A stretch of DNA of 64,000 bases from Planctomycetota bacterium. Lineage in GTDB: Bacteria; Planctomycetota; Phycisphaerae; Phycisphaerales; UBA1924. Below the pieces are notes generated by a model, which was given only the letters and a program-made list of their open reading frames with translations, searched no databases and was not told the origin of the DNA. Every line of letters starts with the position of its first letter. Position 1 is the first letter of the stretch. The translations under genes were made by a program, and so were the position numbers. Positions 52,340 to 63,500 of the stretch are shown one piece after another. The DNA lies in NCBI GenBank assembly GCA_024275365.1, contig JAJRZG010000157.1, positions 18 to 64,017 of the forward strand, given 5' to 3'.

Positions 52340-52658
52340 TGTTATATTCGCCCTGTGTTGGTCGAAGCCCGCCCTGGTTATCCCGGGACTTGCGTCGAGT
52401 GTAGATAAGCACGAACGCCCGGCACGCGGCCACTGAGCATTCTTTGCAGTTGGATCCAAAGTCGTCTGGAGTTGGTGATCGGCTCATCACCTCAAACCCG
52501 AGCGACTCATACAGTTCGATTGTTTCTTCTGCTCGTGATGGTTCAACCAGATGCCGGCGCTTCCACCCAGCCGCTGCGAGCACCGGATCGGCGCGGAGCG
52601 AGAACTCAAGCGGCGTGTCGTCTTCATCTTTGGGCATCAGGTGAATATCTGCGTGCAT
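52314..52658 (-). CDS. small Cys-containing protein (hypothetical), coupled to the reductase operon
   Basis: ATG lies 15 nt after the upstream ATPase stop. AEETIELYESLGFEVMSRSPTPDDFGSNCKEC. The 3' end overlaps the next gene by 26 nt. Confidence 0.45.
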   Translation of the reverse strand: MHADIHLMPKDEDDTPLEFSLRADPVLAAAGWKRRHLVEPSRAEETIELYESLGFEVMSRSPTPDDFGSNCKECSVAACRAFVLIYTRRKSRDNQGGLRPTQGEYNNDEAQDAF

Positions 52659-52673
52659 TGAGACCTCTTGCGA

Positions 52674-53507
52674 CTATCGTGTCTCACTATGGGTCGTGCA
52701 TGTAGCGTCACTCTCGGCAAGTATCTTCAGACGGCGTTGTGCAAGGATGGCTGCGCCCATAGCGGCGACATACTGCACCATTTCTGGAGGTGGGACATTG
52801 ACCTTTGCGTTAAGGCTTGTGCTCACACCAGTCCCCATGGTCTCAAACCGCAGTATACCACCGATGAGTGTGTACTCGGGCTCAGCGCGGACCCGCTTCA
52901 TAAGCTGAACAGAGCGATCGACGAGCGATGTGATCGCGCCCTGCATGATGTCGGCGGGAGCAGTGCCCAGCGACAGATGGTTGATGACCTCGGACTCGGC
53001 GAACACCGCGCAGACACCGGAGATCGGGACCGCCTCCTTGGATGTAGCGGTGAGCGCGCAGATTTCTTCGGTCTTGAAGTTCATGTAGCGGGCGGTTTTT
53101 TCGAGGAACGCCCCTGTGCCCGCAGCACACTTATCGTTAAGTCGGAACGAGATGACTTTGGCTTCCTCGTCCAGTCGGCTTGCCTTCATAGTTTGGCCAC
53201 CAACATCGAGGAGTGTCCGCGTGCCTGGGAAGAGGAATGATGCGCCGCGGGCACTGGCGGTCAGGTCGGTAACATGGAGGTCTTTAAAGTCGGCCTGGTG
53301 GCGACCAAAGCCGGTTGCAATAACATAGTCAATGTCACTCGTTCGCAAACCCGATTTCTCAAGGCATCTCTCATAGACCTCGTGTGCAACCTCAGTGAGC
53401 TTGAACCCGGTGGGTCTCATCTCTCGAGCGAGGATCGTGCTGTCTTCGTCGATAATAATGGCCTTGGTGTAGGTCGATCCGATATCGATGCCGGTAGTGA
53501 TATTCAT
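52674..53507 (-). CDS. BcrA/BcrD/BzdQ/HgdC-type ATPase subunit (ASKHA fold, [4Fe-4S]-bridging)
   Basis: [46 protein letters not shown]. Confidence 0.85.
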   Translation of the reverse strand: MNITTGIDIGSTYTKAIIIDEDSTILAREMRPTGFKLTEVAHEVYERCLEKSGLRTSDIDYVIATGFGRHQADFKDLHVTDLTASARGASFLFPGTRTLLDVGGQTMKASRLDEEAKVISFRLNDKCAAGTGAFLEKTARYMNFKTEEICALTATSKEAVPISGVCAVFAESEVINHLSLGTAPADIMQGAITSLVDRSVQLMKRVRAEPEYTLIGGILRFETMGTGVSTSLNAKVNVPPPEMVQYVAAMGAAILAQRRLKILAESDATCTTHSETR

Positions 53508-54328
53508 TCGGAGGCCCCCACTGCGTCTCGAGGTTGTCGACTGAGCTTGATCTGGTCGAGTGCGTAGAGGGCAGCTCCCAGCGCACCCATATAATGTGAG
53601 TCTTTACTGACATTGAGCGTGACTTCGAGTTTGTCTTCCATCGCCTGAATCATGGCGATGTTGCGGGCGACGCCGCCGCTGAAAGTGATCTCTTCATCGA
53701 GCCCGACTCGGCGCATCAGTGAGAAGGATCGCACAGCGATAGACTGATGCACACCCCAGAGGATGTCCTCGACCTTTTTGCCCTTGCCAAGCCACGAGAG
53801 CACCTCGGACTCTGCAAAGACCGTGCAAGTCGTGCTGATTCGCACGGGCTTTGTGTACCTGAGGGCTGTTGCGCCCAACTCATTGAGCGGGATATCGAGT
53901 GCGCTGGAGGCAGCGCCGAGGAACCGCCCCGTGCCTGCAGCACACTTGTCGTTCATACAAAAATCCTCGATCTCACCGGCTGCGCTAACGCGGATGGCTT
54001 TGGTGTCCTGCCCACCCATGTCCAGCACGGTGCGCGTTTTGGGGAACATGTGGACAGCACCCCGCCCGTGGCAACTGATCTCGGTGACCTGGGCATTGCC
54101 AAAGGTCACACGGTAGCGTCCATACCCGGTCCCGATGATGAACTCGACCTCGGTCTCACGGATTTCCTGCTCTTCGAGCGCTTTGCTATATGCGTTTTCA
54201 GCTGCCTGCACAACATTGGCACCCGTGTCGATGAGCGACCGACCGACGATGTGGCCTTGCTCATCTATGATGACTGCCTTGGTTTGTGTTGAGCCGACAT
54301 CGACTCCTGCTGCATATGCCATGGGCAC
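53504..54328 (-). CDS. second, distinct BcrA/BcrD/BzdP-type ATPase subunit
   Basis: [46 protein letters not shown]. 4-nt overlap with the downstream ATPase gene. Confidence 0.85.
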   Translation of the reverse strand: MPMAYAAGVDVGSTQTKAVIIDEQGHIVGRSLIDTGANVVQAAENAYSKALEEQEIRETEVEFIIGTGYGRYRVTFGNAQVTEISCHGRGAVHMFPKTRTVLDMGGQDTKAIRVSAAGEIEDFCMNDKCAAGTGRFLGAASSALDIPLNELGATALRYTKPVRISTTCTVFAESEVLSWLGKGKKVEDILWGVHQSIAVRSFSLMRRVGLDEEITFSGGVARNIAMIQAMEDKLEVTLNVSKDSHYMGALGAALYALDQIKLSRQPRDAVGASE

Positions 54329-54336
54329 ACCTCGTT

Positions 54337-55632
54337 CTATTTGACCAAAGACTGGTTCCGCCTGGCAGCCAGCCCCTCAAAGAATGCGTCGATACGGTTT
54401 TTCATCTGCGCCTCGGAAACGACTCGGCGGTCCATCATGTCCGATTCAATAAACAGCGTGGCGATGTCCCGGTGCTCGGTCAGGTAACGCCTGCCGTCGG
54501 CGAGCCCGGTGGAGACGGTTCGGCAGCTCTTGATCGGGTGATAAACGACCGCGTCAACATTGAACTCATCAATCATGCCCTCGAGCATCTGATCCTGGTG
54601 AAACATGCTGTCCATCGCGTCGCGGACGCTGAGCAGGGTTCCCTCTGCAAGGCTTGCGACGGGGTCTTCGAGTGAGTACTCGAACCCGCGGTTCGCGCCG
54701 CCGGATGCGAACCACAGGTAGGTCGAGTTGATAAAGGTGCCACCCCACTCGGTGAAGAGCTCGTTAAAGCGTCGGAAGATGGGGTAGCAGGGCACGCCGA
54801 CAAAGACGAGGCGGTAGACCTCTTCGGAGAGTGTGCCGATGCCGTGGGCAGCCTTGTACTCCATCTCTTCGACAAGCTCCTGGAAGAACTTGGCACCCTC
54901 GGGCGAGCCACGGAAGCCGTTGGCAACACCGAGATAGATAGTACCGTCGGTGAGGGCATTGAAGAGTGAGGGGCGACTCTTGTTGAGTTCGATGACATTC
55001 TTCCAGCCGACGCTTACCTCGTTGGCGTGGGCGAGGGTCTCCCGGAGCTTGTCGATATCAAACTTTTTGCCTGTGACCTCTTCTAAGGTTGCGATCAACT
55101 CCCAGAGCTGTGCCTCGACATAGCGCCGATCGTTCTCAAAGTCGTGTTTGTCGATAGTGCCGTAGTCGTTGCGGTCACGGGTGCCGGGAACATCGATCGT
55201 GACGACCGGGATATTGTGCATGCGTTCCCATATCTCGGCCCACTTGATATAAGTATTGCAGGCGTTGGTGAGGACGGCGATGCTTGGCTTTGGGATCCTC
55301 CCCATGGGGTGCTTGCCGGCGTTGAGCTGCACCGCGACATCGGCCTTGACATAGCCGCAGATATCGGGCGAATAGCCGTAATCTTCTGCTTTGTCGAGAT
55401 ACTCGTGCGAGACACGCCGGACGGCTGTCTGCAATGAGTTGATCTCGGGGAAGACGACCGGGAGGTCGAATGTCTTGAGCATCTCGTTGAGGCTGCCCAT
55501 CACGAACACATAGGCACTCTGCCCGCCCTGCTCGGCACACTGATTGAGCGATTCAAACCAGTCACGGAAGAGCTGAGCGCCGTCGCGGTTGCCACGGCCG
55601 ACAAGGGTGTCTGTTGAAGCCTGTTCTGCCAT
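54337..55632 (-). CDS. benzoyl-CoA reductase subunit B / BzdO-like (BCR/HAD family)
   Basis: 431 aa. [28 protein letters not shown]..., [17 protein letters not shown]. Family-typical layout and size for the beta subunit. Confidence 0.75.
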   Translation of the reverse strand: MAEQASTDTLVGRGNRDGAQLFRDWFESLNQCAEQGGQSAYVFVMGSLNEMLKTFDLPVVFPEINSLQTAVRRVSHEYLDKAEDYGYSPDICGYVKADVAVQLNAGKHPMGRIPKPSIAVLTNACNTYIKWAEIWERMHNIPVVTIDVPGTRDRNDYGTIDKHDFENDRRYVEAQLWELIATLEEVTGKKFDIDKLRETLAHANEVSVGWKNVIELNKSRPSLFNALTDGTIYLGVANGFRGSPEGAKFFQELVEEMEYKAAHGIGTLSEEVYRLVFVGVPCYPIFRRFNELFTEWGGTFINSTYLWFASGGANRGFEYSLEDPVASLAEGTLLSVRDAMDSMFHQDQMLEGMIDEFNVDAVVYHPIKSCRTVSTGLADGRRYLTEHRDIATLFIESDMMDRRVVSEAQMKNRIDAFFEGLAARRNQSLVK

Positions 55633-55649
55633 CGCTTTGTCCTCCGCCC

Positions 55650-56816
55650 TCAGGCAAACAGGAGGTTTTCCAGGAATGTTTCAACTTGCAGCTCGAGCTG
55701 CTCAAACGAGGTCATGTTTTCCTCGAACTCACTGACGAAGTAGGGGATGCCGCGATCATCGAGCGCGTGGGTGTATGCCACCTGCTCTTCGAGGCCGGGC
55801 TCGCACATTTTGGCTGCTGCCACGATGACAGCGTCGGCGTGCGCATGGTCAACCCTCTTGAGGAGCATCTCCTCCTTGAGCTTGCGGAGGTCGTGCTGGA
55901 CAGGGCTGTAGGACGATCGTTCGATGTATGCTTCGGCCAGTGCGAGCAGAGGGTCGCTCCCCGCGGGGATGTCTTCAGTGATCCAACGCAGCCCGATGAG
56001 AAAATCGTCAGCAACGACATAGCATGTCCTCCCGAGCATCCGCACAAGATCGAGCGGCGGCTGCTCGCAGAAGGCTCCCTCAAACACGATGCGAACACGG
56101 TCCTCTCGCTTCGTGGTTCCGGTGATGATCTGTGGAAGAATGTGCGAGAGTAGTGCGTTGTGCTCTTCGCGGGGAATGAGGCCCCCGATCGAAACGAGGC
56201 AGTACGCATCCTCGGCGGCGATCAGCCAGGGCGTGTTGCGTTTTATATCGTAGAGTTCACGCAGGAGTCGTCTGTTCTCGTTGAAGATCGCGATAGAGTT
56301 GTCGAGTGCTTCATCGTTAACTTTGGCACCAGCGACTTTCTCAATGACTCGCTTTATCCGGTCGTACTCATCGCGCAGATACGCTTGGCTGTGCGCCGAG
56401 TTGGGGTTCTGTGGTAGATAGAGAATCTGGCAGGGATAGTCGAAGTGGCGACCCCAGATAGCTGCCAAGTTGCGGGCTGCGTCGCAGATCGGGTGCGAGA
56501 CAAACAGGTCGAGCATGAGGTCGCCCTTGAGCGCGACTTGCAGCCCTGTCTTGAGAATCGAACACAAATAAGAGCCAAAGTGAGAGTCTGAGAGCGTCGG
56601 CTCAACAGGCGCGCCTCGTATCTTGACTGGCAACATGCCCGCTGCGTGAGCGATTTCTTCGGGGAAGTAGACCTGGAAGTGCCCGAGAACCTTCCCGCCT
56701 TGTTCACGCCATCGCTCAACGGTCGGGAATGTTGCGTCTTCGACCGTTTCTCGACAGGCATAGAGCACTTCATCGAGCGGTTTGCCTTGCCATTCTGTAA
56801 AGACAGGTGTGTGCAT
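55650..56816 (-). CDS. benzoyl-CoA reductase subunit C / BzdN-like (BCR/HAD family)
   Basis: 388 aa from ATG 56816 (GAGGA 9 nt upstream). KVLGHFQVYFPEEIAHAAGMLPVKI, YLCSILK, HPICDA, KMCEPG. Confidence 0.75.
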   Translation of the reverse strand: MHTPVFTEWQGKPLDEVLYACRETVEDATFPTVERWREQGGKVLGHFQVYFPEEIAHAAGMLPVKIRGAPVEPTLSDSHFGSYLCSILKTGLQVALKGDLMLDLFVSHPICDAARNLAAIWGRHFDYPCQILYLPQNPNSAHSQAYLRDEYDRIKRVIEKVAGAKVNDEALDNSIAIFNENRRLLRELYDIKRNTPWLIAAEDAYCLVSIGGLIPREEHNALLSHILPQIITGTTKREDRVRIVFEGAFCEQPPLDLVRMLGRTCYVVADDFLIGLRWITEDIPAGSDPLLALAEAYIERSSYSPVQHDLRKLKEEMLLKRVDHAHADAVIVAAAKMCEPGLEEQVAYTHALDDRGIPYFVSEFEENMTSFEQLELQVETFLENLLFA

Positions 56817-56855
56817 CTTGGGATTCCTCTGCAATAGCGCCCGTGGCGCTCATAC

Positions 56856-59321
56856 TCATCTGTGGTCAGCCATTCCGCTCTTTCTCGGATATTCCCAGCC
56901 GGGCAGGTCGATGTCCTTGCAGGCGTAGTTCATCTTGGGAGGCCTCGCACCTCGATCGAGTAGCCTGACCAAACCGCTGTTGATATAGGGGTTCTTGCGT
57001 GGATCGAACACCTCACCGGTTTCTTGCGCGAGCGATGCGTCGTCCTGTTCTCGTGAGAGCTGTGCCTTGAAGAGTGCCCGTGAATATGGCGCATCCTTGG
57101 CCATCTGGCGGGCTTGCTCATAGCCTCGGCGAAGAGCTTCGAGTTCGTCATCAAACAGGCCGTTGGAGAGGCCAATCTGGTAGGCCCTGGTGGCGGTGAG
57201 GCCCTGATCAAAGAGCTCATACGCCCCGGAATGCCCGACACCGATTCGCTTGAGCTCGCTTGCGCCTGCAAAACCGGGGAGGATGGCGTAGTCGAGCTCG
57301 GGCTGGTTGTAGATGGGCTTTTCACACCACACCGAAGTGCGTTCGAGCGTGTCGTAAACATAGCCAAAGGCACGGACATCGTACCGCAGATCGAGGAAGT
57401 AGGTAAACTCGGCCCCGCCGCCCCACTTCTCACCAAAGACACCGACAGATGCCACCGGGCTGCGTTGGATGGTGCGGAAGAGCTCGACCGCATTTCGGCT
57501 CGAGGCTGCGGCATCCTCCTCACTCAGCGGGGTGTACCCCTTGTCACGCTCGAACCAGCCTCGGTTAAACTCCTTCGCATCGGCACCGAGCATCCTCATG
57601 CCGGTGCCCGCGGCTGTGAAGAGCACCGCCCCGCAGCGCCCGTTCTCGTGGAGGTTCAGCACTCTGTGATAGGCGTGGGCTAGCTGGTCGATAACAGCGT
57701 GATTGAAGACATTGCCTCGCAGTGGGCAGTTAAAGACAATGCTCGCGACACGGTCTCGGGCGGAAGGCTCGTAGAGTTTCAGGTCGCCGTAGCAGCCGCG
57801 GTATGTGCCCGAGGCAAGATCAAGCTCGGCAACGGGGGTGTGGTAGTAGATGCCATAGCCGAGCAGGTGTGTAAGGTTTCGTTTCTTAAGTTCGTGCAGC
57901 AGGCAGGGCTTGCCGGTGCGCGGCCCTCGGAGCCCGTCGGCATCGAGCATGTCGAGCATGTGGGGGTCGGTGGCGTTCTCATCTCGGGCGCGGTGGATGA
58001 GCGTGAGCACGCCGTGAATCGTGAGTTCGTCGATCATCGCATCGACAAGCTCAACCAACCCAACCTTGAACCGCAGCCCAGCACGGCAGCAGGTGTTGAT
58101 CTGCCCGGGGGTCGCGTAGCCGTCTTGGATAAGATCGAGCACATAGAGGCAGAGCGGCAGGACATATCGCCGGAACGCACGCCCGGCGGTGTCATCAGCA
58201 AGGACGACAGCAAGCAACGCATCGCAACTCTTGATCTTGCCCTCGGCACGATCACGCTCGGCAGCCTCGAACATCGACCAGTACGCCTCTCGGGAGGTCT
58301 GGCCCTTGGCGATATACTTACGAGACTCGGGGTCGAAGACCTCAGCAGGCTTAGCGCGAGCGTCTGTTGTCCACTTAAAGAAGCCACACCGGTCCGGGGA
58401 GTTGATGCCGGAATGCCCTGATTTTTCGAGGTGGGCGATCCAGTCGGTGTAGTACACGCCATCGCGTGTGTAGATGCTCTTGAGCCTGTCGTGATCGGGG
58501 AGTGCCTGCCCCAAGTGACGAGACGACTCGGTGTAGGGCATGTGCCCAGTCTGGTCGAGGACGGTGAAAGGGTTTGCGGTGAACATCGACCAGAGCCCAC
58601 CAAGATCAATGATGTCTTGGCCGGTCTTGATGTCCCACGACATGATGGCAGCCATGCCTTGGAAGATGGGGTCAGCGATGTAGCCGTGATGGTCAACCGG
58701 GAGCGCCATCACGACCTTTTCGAGGACCTGATCAGCGAAGACCACGCCGAGTGCGTATGTCTCCGCGGAGGCATACTTGCCCTTCATTACATCAATGAGG
58801 CGGTTGAAGTCGAAGGGGAAGTAGCCGTGAACGGTCAGGAACTTGCTGCGGAGTACCTCCGTCTTGAAGAGGATCGCAAGCTCTTCGGTGGTATGCGAGG
58901 AGGTATTGGAGAAGATCGCCGCAAGATGATCGGCATCCAGAGATTCTTCAAGTGCTCTAAATATCTTCTTCTTAATGTCGATCGCTTCGGTTGCCGCCTC
59001 CCAGACGATGTCGGCAGTAGCAAGATCGCTGTACGACTGCGTGAAGAAGGTGCGTGATTCAAGGGCCTTTGCGTCTTCTGGCCTGATGCGGGTTGCGCTA
59101 ACCTCGCCTGCCCACTTGGCGTTGAGCACCTCTCTGGCCCGATCGAGGGCTTCGCTGTTGACATCGAGGAGGACGACCTCGCAGTCGGTCTTGAGGAGCA
59201 GGTCGGCAGCGATGCCCTGGCCCATGGTACCAGCACCGATCACCGCGACACGACGCATCTCAATGATGCGTTTGACTGCCGACTCGATTGTCTTGTCTCC
59301 AAAGGAGAATACTCGCTTCAT
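56856..59321 (-). CDS. bifunctional 3-hydroxyacyl-CoA dehydrogenase (N-terminal) / enoyl-CoA hydratase-isomerase (C-terminal) fusion, 821 aa
   Basis: VAVIGAGTMGQGIAADL Rossmann start, then HAD C-terminal helical domains. C-terminal crotonase fold (FNCPLRGNVFNHAVIDQL...AVLFTAAGTGMRMLGADAKEF). Confidence 0.8.
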   Translation of the reverse strand: MKRVFSFGDKTIESAVKRIIEMRRVAVIGAGTMGQGIAADLLLKTDCEVVLLDVNSEALDRAREVLNAKWAGEVSATRIRPEDAKALESRTFFTQSYSDLATADIVWEAATEAIDIKKKIFRALEESLDADHLAAIFSNTSSHTTEELAILFKTEVLRSKFLTVHGYFPFDFNRLIDVMKGKYASAETYALGVVFADQVLEKVVMALPVDHHGYIADPIFQGMAAIMSWDIKTGQDIIDLGGLWSMFTANPFTVLDQTGHMPYTESSRHLGQALPDHDRLKSIYTRDGVYYTDWIAHLEKSGHSGINSPDRCGFFKWTTDARAKPAEVFDPESRKYIAKGQTSREAYWSMFEAAERDRAEGKIKSCDALLAVVLADDTAGRAFRRYVLPLCLYVLDLIQDGYATPGQINTCCRAGLRFKVGLVELVDAMIDELTIHGVLTLIHRARDENATDPHMLDMLDADGLRGPRTGKPCLLHELKKRNLTHLLGYGIYYHTPVAELDLASGTYRGCYGDLKLYEPSARDRVASIVFNCPLRGNVFNHAVIDQLAHAYHRVLNLHENGRCGAVLFTAAGTGMRMLGADAKEFNRGWFERDKGYTPLSEEDAAASSRNAVELFRTIQRSPVASVGVFGEKWGGGAEFTYFLDLRYDVRAFGYVYDTLERTSVWCEKPIYNQPELDYAILPGFAGASELKRIGVGHSGAYELFDQGLTATRAYQIGLSNGLFDDELEALRRGYEQARQMAKDAPYSRALFKAQLSREQDDASLAQETGEVFDPRKNPYINSGLVRLLDRGARPPKMNYACKDIDLPGWEYPRKSGMADHR

Positions 59322-59346
59322 AGGTTTCGTACCTTGTGCTGAATCG

Positions 59347-60597
59347 TTAGCGTTGTGTTGTATCCTCGATGATTAACGCCGCGCCTTGGCCGCCCCCGAT
59401 ACACGCCGAGACGCAGCCATAACGCTCGCCTCGGTGGTCCATCTCATAGACCAGATCGGCGATCAGCCGCAGACCCGTTGCGGCAAGCGGGTGACCGATG
59501 GCGATCGCGCCGCCGTTGACATTGACGATCTCACGGGGGAGCTTGAGTTCTTTCTCCACGCCGAGGTATTGGGCGGCAAACGCCTCGTTGATCTCCCAAA
59601 GCCCAATATCGGATTGCTTGAGCCCCGCCCGCTGGAGCGCGACACCGATCGAAGGCACCGGCCCGCGACCCATGACCCGGGGCTCGACGCCACTAACACC
59701 AAACCCTGCGATTCTCCAGCGGGTCGAGAGGCCGAGTTCCTCCGCTCTCTCGCGCGAAGCGAGAACCGCAGCAGCACCACCATCGGCAATCTCACTGGCA
59801 TTCCCCGGTGAGACCAGCTTGTTGGGCGTAAAGCCGGGGAGTTTCTCAAGAATCTCCAGCGAGGTATTGCGGACACACTCATCGTGCGAGAGATGGACAG
59901 CCTGCCCATCCTGATCGACAGCATCGAGTGCGAACATGCCCCTCAGCAGCTCGCCACCATTGAGGTGGCTCTTGCGATTGGCAACCCGGGCGCGATCCTG
60001 CGAGATAACGGTAAACTCATCGCACTCGGCCCGCGTGATACCCATCCTCTTGCCATATTCGTCAGCAGTGAGCATCATCGCTGTGCCACCGAGGGTGTGA
60101 TTGAGTGAGGCGAGGATTGAATCCTCGACAGTTCCACCCTCTGCAAACTCCCAGAAGCTCGCCCCCGAGATGCGGCGCGATCTTATGATCTGCGGTGCCT
60201 GCGACATCGTCTCGGCTGCGGCACACAGCACCACCTGTGTATCATCGACGCAATCTGGCACAGCAATCTGCTGAAAGCCTGTGATAAGTGTCTGGATGCC
60301 CGAGCCACAGATGCGCTGCACCATGAACGAAGGGGTATCGACATCAAGCTCGCAGCGGAGGGCAATGTTGCGCGGGAAGTAGATATCCTGAGCACCGGGA
60401 GCAGTGAACTGATACACATTGGCACCAACCACCGCGTCGATATTCTGCCGGATGATCCCGGAACGGCTGATGGCTTCACACGATGCCAATGCTCCGAGTT
60501 GCTCGGCTGAAAATCCGCTCAACGCGCTACACTTGAGGCCGACAGGTGTCCGGGCGACGCCGGCGATGACGATATGTGGGAACTCACTCGATGCCAC
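59347..60597 (-). CDS. thiolase (acetyl-CoA C-acyltransferase)
   Basis: QRICGSGIQ (nucleophilic Cys), NVNGGAIAIGHPLAATG, SACIGGGQGAALIIE. Confidence 0.9.
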   Translation of the reverse strand: MASSEFPHIVIAGVARTPVGLKCSALSGFSAEQLGALASCEAISRSGIIRQNIDAVVGANVYQFTAPGAQDIYFPRNIALRCELDVDTPSFMVQRICGSGIQTLITGFQQIAVPDCVDDTQVVLCAAAETMSQAPQIIRSRRISGASFWEFAEGGTVEDSILASLNHTLGGTAMMLTADEYGKRMGITRAECDEFTVISQDRARVANRKSHLNGGELLRGMFALDAVDQDGQAVHLSHDECVRNTSLEILEKLPGFTPNKLVSPGNASEIADGGAAAVLASRERAEELGLSTRWRIAGFGVSGVEPRVMGRGPVPSIGVALQRAGLKQSDIGLWEINEAFAAQYLGVEKELKLPREIVNVNGGAIAIGHPLAATGLRLIADLVYEMDHRGERYGCVSACIGGGQGAALIIEDTTQR

Positions 60598-63500
60598 GGC
60601 TCATCCTTTGCGGTTTCTCTGTTCGAACCTCGATAACACTCTCACCGGGGTTCGTCTCGAACATCTCTTCCAGCTCTGACCGGAACACATCGAGCACTTT
60701 TTTGCGAACAATCTTTGCTGACGGCGTCAGCTCGCCCTTCTCAAGCGAGGGCTCGCGATTGGCAAGGATGAGACGACGGATCCGGGTGTAGGACTGCTCC
60801 AGCATCGGATTGATGCGCTCGAGTTCGGAGGCGAACAACTCCTTGATCGCCTTGCCCTCTTGGGCCGAGCTTGCAGTGATACCGCGAGAGGCAATCCACT
60901 CCTTCAGGCGACTTCGGTCCGGGTAAATGATCGCGCCGACATAGTCTTTGCCGCTACCGACGACGACCGCCTGTCGCACGAATGGGGACTCGTTGGTGAT
61001 TGTGTTCTCGATTCTCTGCGTAAGCACCTTCTCGCCCGTTGTCAGTTTGAAAGTGCCGTCCTTGCGTCCCAATATTTTGAGGCCATCGGGCGTGAACTCC
61101 CCGAGATCACCCGTGCGGAACCACCCGTCAGCATCGATGACATGGGCGGTCGCCTCTTCGTCTTCATAATACCCGAGCATGACATTCGGGCCCTTGATGA
61201 GTATTTCCTGGCTTGCGTCGATGCGGATGGAGACGCCGGGGATGGGGAACCCGACAAAGCCGCTGCGCCATGCTTCCGTGCCGGAGGTTATCGCAGCACA
61301 CGGCGAGGTCTCGGTCAACCCCCACCCCTCACGGACACCGATCCTATGCTCGCGGTATGCCGACTCGACATGAGCAGGAAGCGATGCAGCTGCGGTAAAG
61401 ACAAACCGAAGGCGACCACCAAAGACGACCCGCTCGACCTTAGTATCCTCGCGGCAACGGGTGATGAGCATGTCATGCACGCGAGGAACACTAAAGAATA
61501 TGGTGGGATCAAACAGTTTCCAGTTCTCAATGAGCCGATCTGTATCGCTGCCCTGTGAATCGCTCAGGCAGATCTGAGCACCGGTATAGAGCGACATAAA
61601 CCGTTCAAAGAGCGCACCAAAGCTGTGGTGCCAAGGCAGGTAGGTCAGGAAGATATCATGCTCCCCGACATCCCAGATCAACGAGAGTGCCTTCTGCTGT
61701 GATATAAGGTTTTTGTGACACAGTCGGACGCCCTTGGGTGGGCCGGTGGTTCCTGAGGTGTACATCAGCACGCACTGATCATCGGGACGAACAGCGTGGA
61801 TACGCTCAAGGACCGCCTGTTCGCTTGCGCCGCCGGGGCCGCCGAGTTCTGCGATAGGCGTGGCTCCCCATTGCACACACTTCTTGCACCCCTCGATGCT
61901 GAAGAACTCGTTGACACTGCCGCACGCCCCGCGATCAATCTTGTCGAGTTGGTGCTTGCCCGAGACAATGACCAGTCTGGGACGGGAATGCTGAATCACA
62001 TAAGCAACCTGAGCCGGGCGATGCCCCGCAAAGACCGGGACTGTAATCGCCCCGATGATCATGGTCGCGAGTTCAAGGATGTACATCCATGCGGAGTTTT
62101 CACAGACGAAACAAATCCTGTCACCCGGCCGGATACCTCGCGCAATGAGGTGAGCCGCGACACGGAAAATGCGGTCTCTGAACTCGGTCCAGCTCATGAC
62201 GACCTCGGTCTCCCCGTCGAGGTACCGCAAGTACGGCTTCTCACCCCATCGCTCGGCGCGATCAACAAGCACGATGCCGAGTGAGTCTTCATACTCACCA
62301 AGTGCGATCGTGTTGGTGTGCTCCTCACCGACTCGCTGGATGCCGATACTCTCATCGAGCCCGTGCGGCGTCGATTGGCAATAGGCCAGGCATGAATCCC
62401 GAAGTAAAGTCCGTGTGCGTTGGAACTGGAGATCGGTGGGAACAAACTGCTCGGTGGCCAAGTTAACTAGGCCCGAGCGGTGCTGTAACAGGTGAGAGGC
62501 TGCCAGGTAGACAATGTTGTTTGCGAGCTCCTTGATATGCGAGCCCCCGACACGCCCACCGACGCGAGCCGCGATCTCATGCACAACCCCACGCTCTATG
62601 CGTAAGCCGATGAGCCGATGAGCCGCGGCCTCGACCTCTTTGCACACCGGGAAGGGGGAGCGGATCATCTCGAGCTTGCTTCGGACGATCTGCTCGTCCT
62701 CGACATTGATGCATATCTCGAGTTTGATGAGGTGGTGACTGTCGAGCATCGTACCGATGCACACCAGTTCCTCCTTGCCCAGCTCGTAGAGCTCGATATT
62801 GATGTTGCGTTGCGACATGAGCTTCATGGATGCATACCCTCCGTTGGCTTTTTCTGCATCTCGGTGCCTTAAACGGATGGCGCGGGCCATGGACTCCTGC
62901 ACCCGATGCTCGAGCAACTCAAAGAGAGATTCCTCCCTCTTCAAGCCTGCCTGCCGGGCATAACGGCGAAGCGGGGTAAGGAGCCACTCCTCGGTGGGCA
63001 TCAGACGGACACTCTTGAGGTCATGATCGAGCGCGTCCCGGAATGTCTTGAGAGAGCTGGTGATGTGGCCAGCCGATTTGCGGATGATCGCCTGCCCACC
63101 TGCCCACACGCTGTCATAGGCATCTTCAGCCGTGTATGCGCCGCACCAGCGCCCCACCTCGAAGACCGCACGCGTGATCTCATCAACAAACTCTCGCTTG
63201 GACGGGTCTGCGCAGAGATCACCCATGCGCAGGTCGTTGAGCGAACCGTCGGGATTCACCACATGGATCAGCCCGCCTACATTGAGCACAATCGAGATCA
63301 TCGCCTTGTCAAACTCGATCCGTGCACCTGTCGCATCCGCGATATTCTCGCATGGATAGTCTCGCTCCGAGAGGATCGAGATGATCCGATCGCGCTCGGC
63401 ATCCCCCCCGCCCGCACAGATGATCCGGCCCTTGCCCTCGATGACATAGACTGCCTCGGTGCCAGTACCTCGCCTTGTCCCCGCTTGCAAAGCCACGCCT

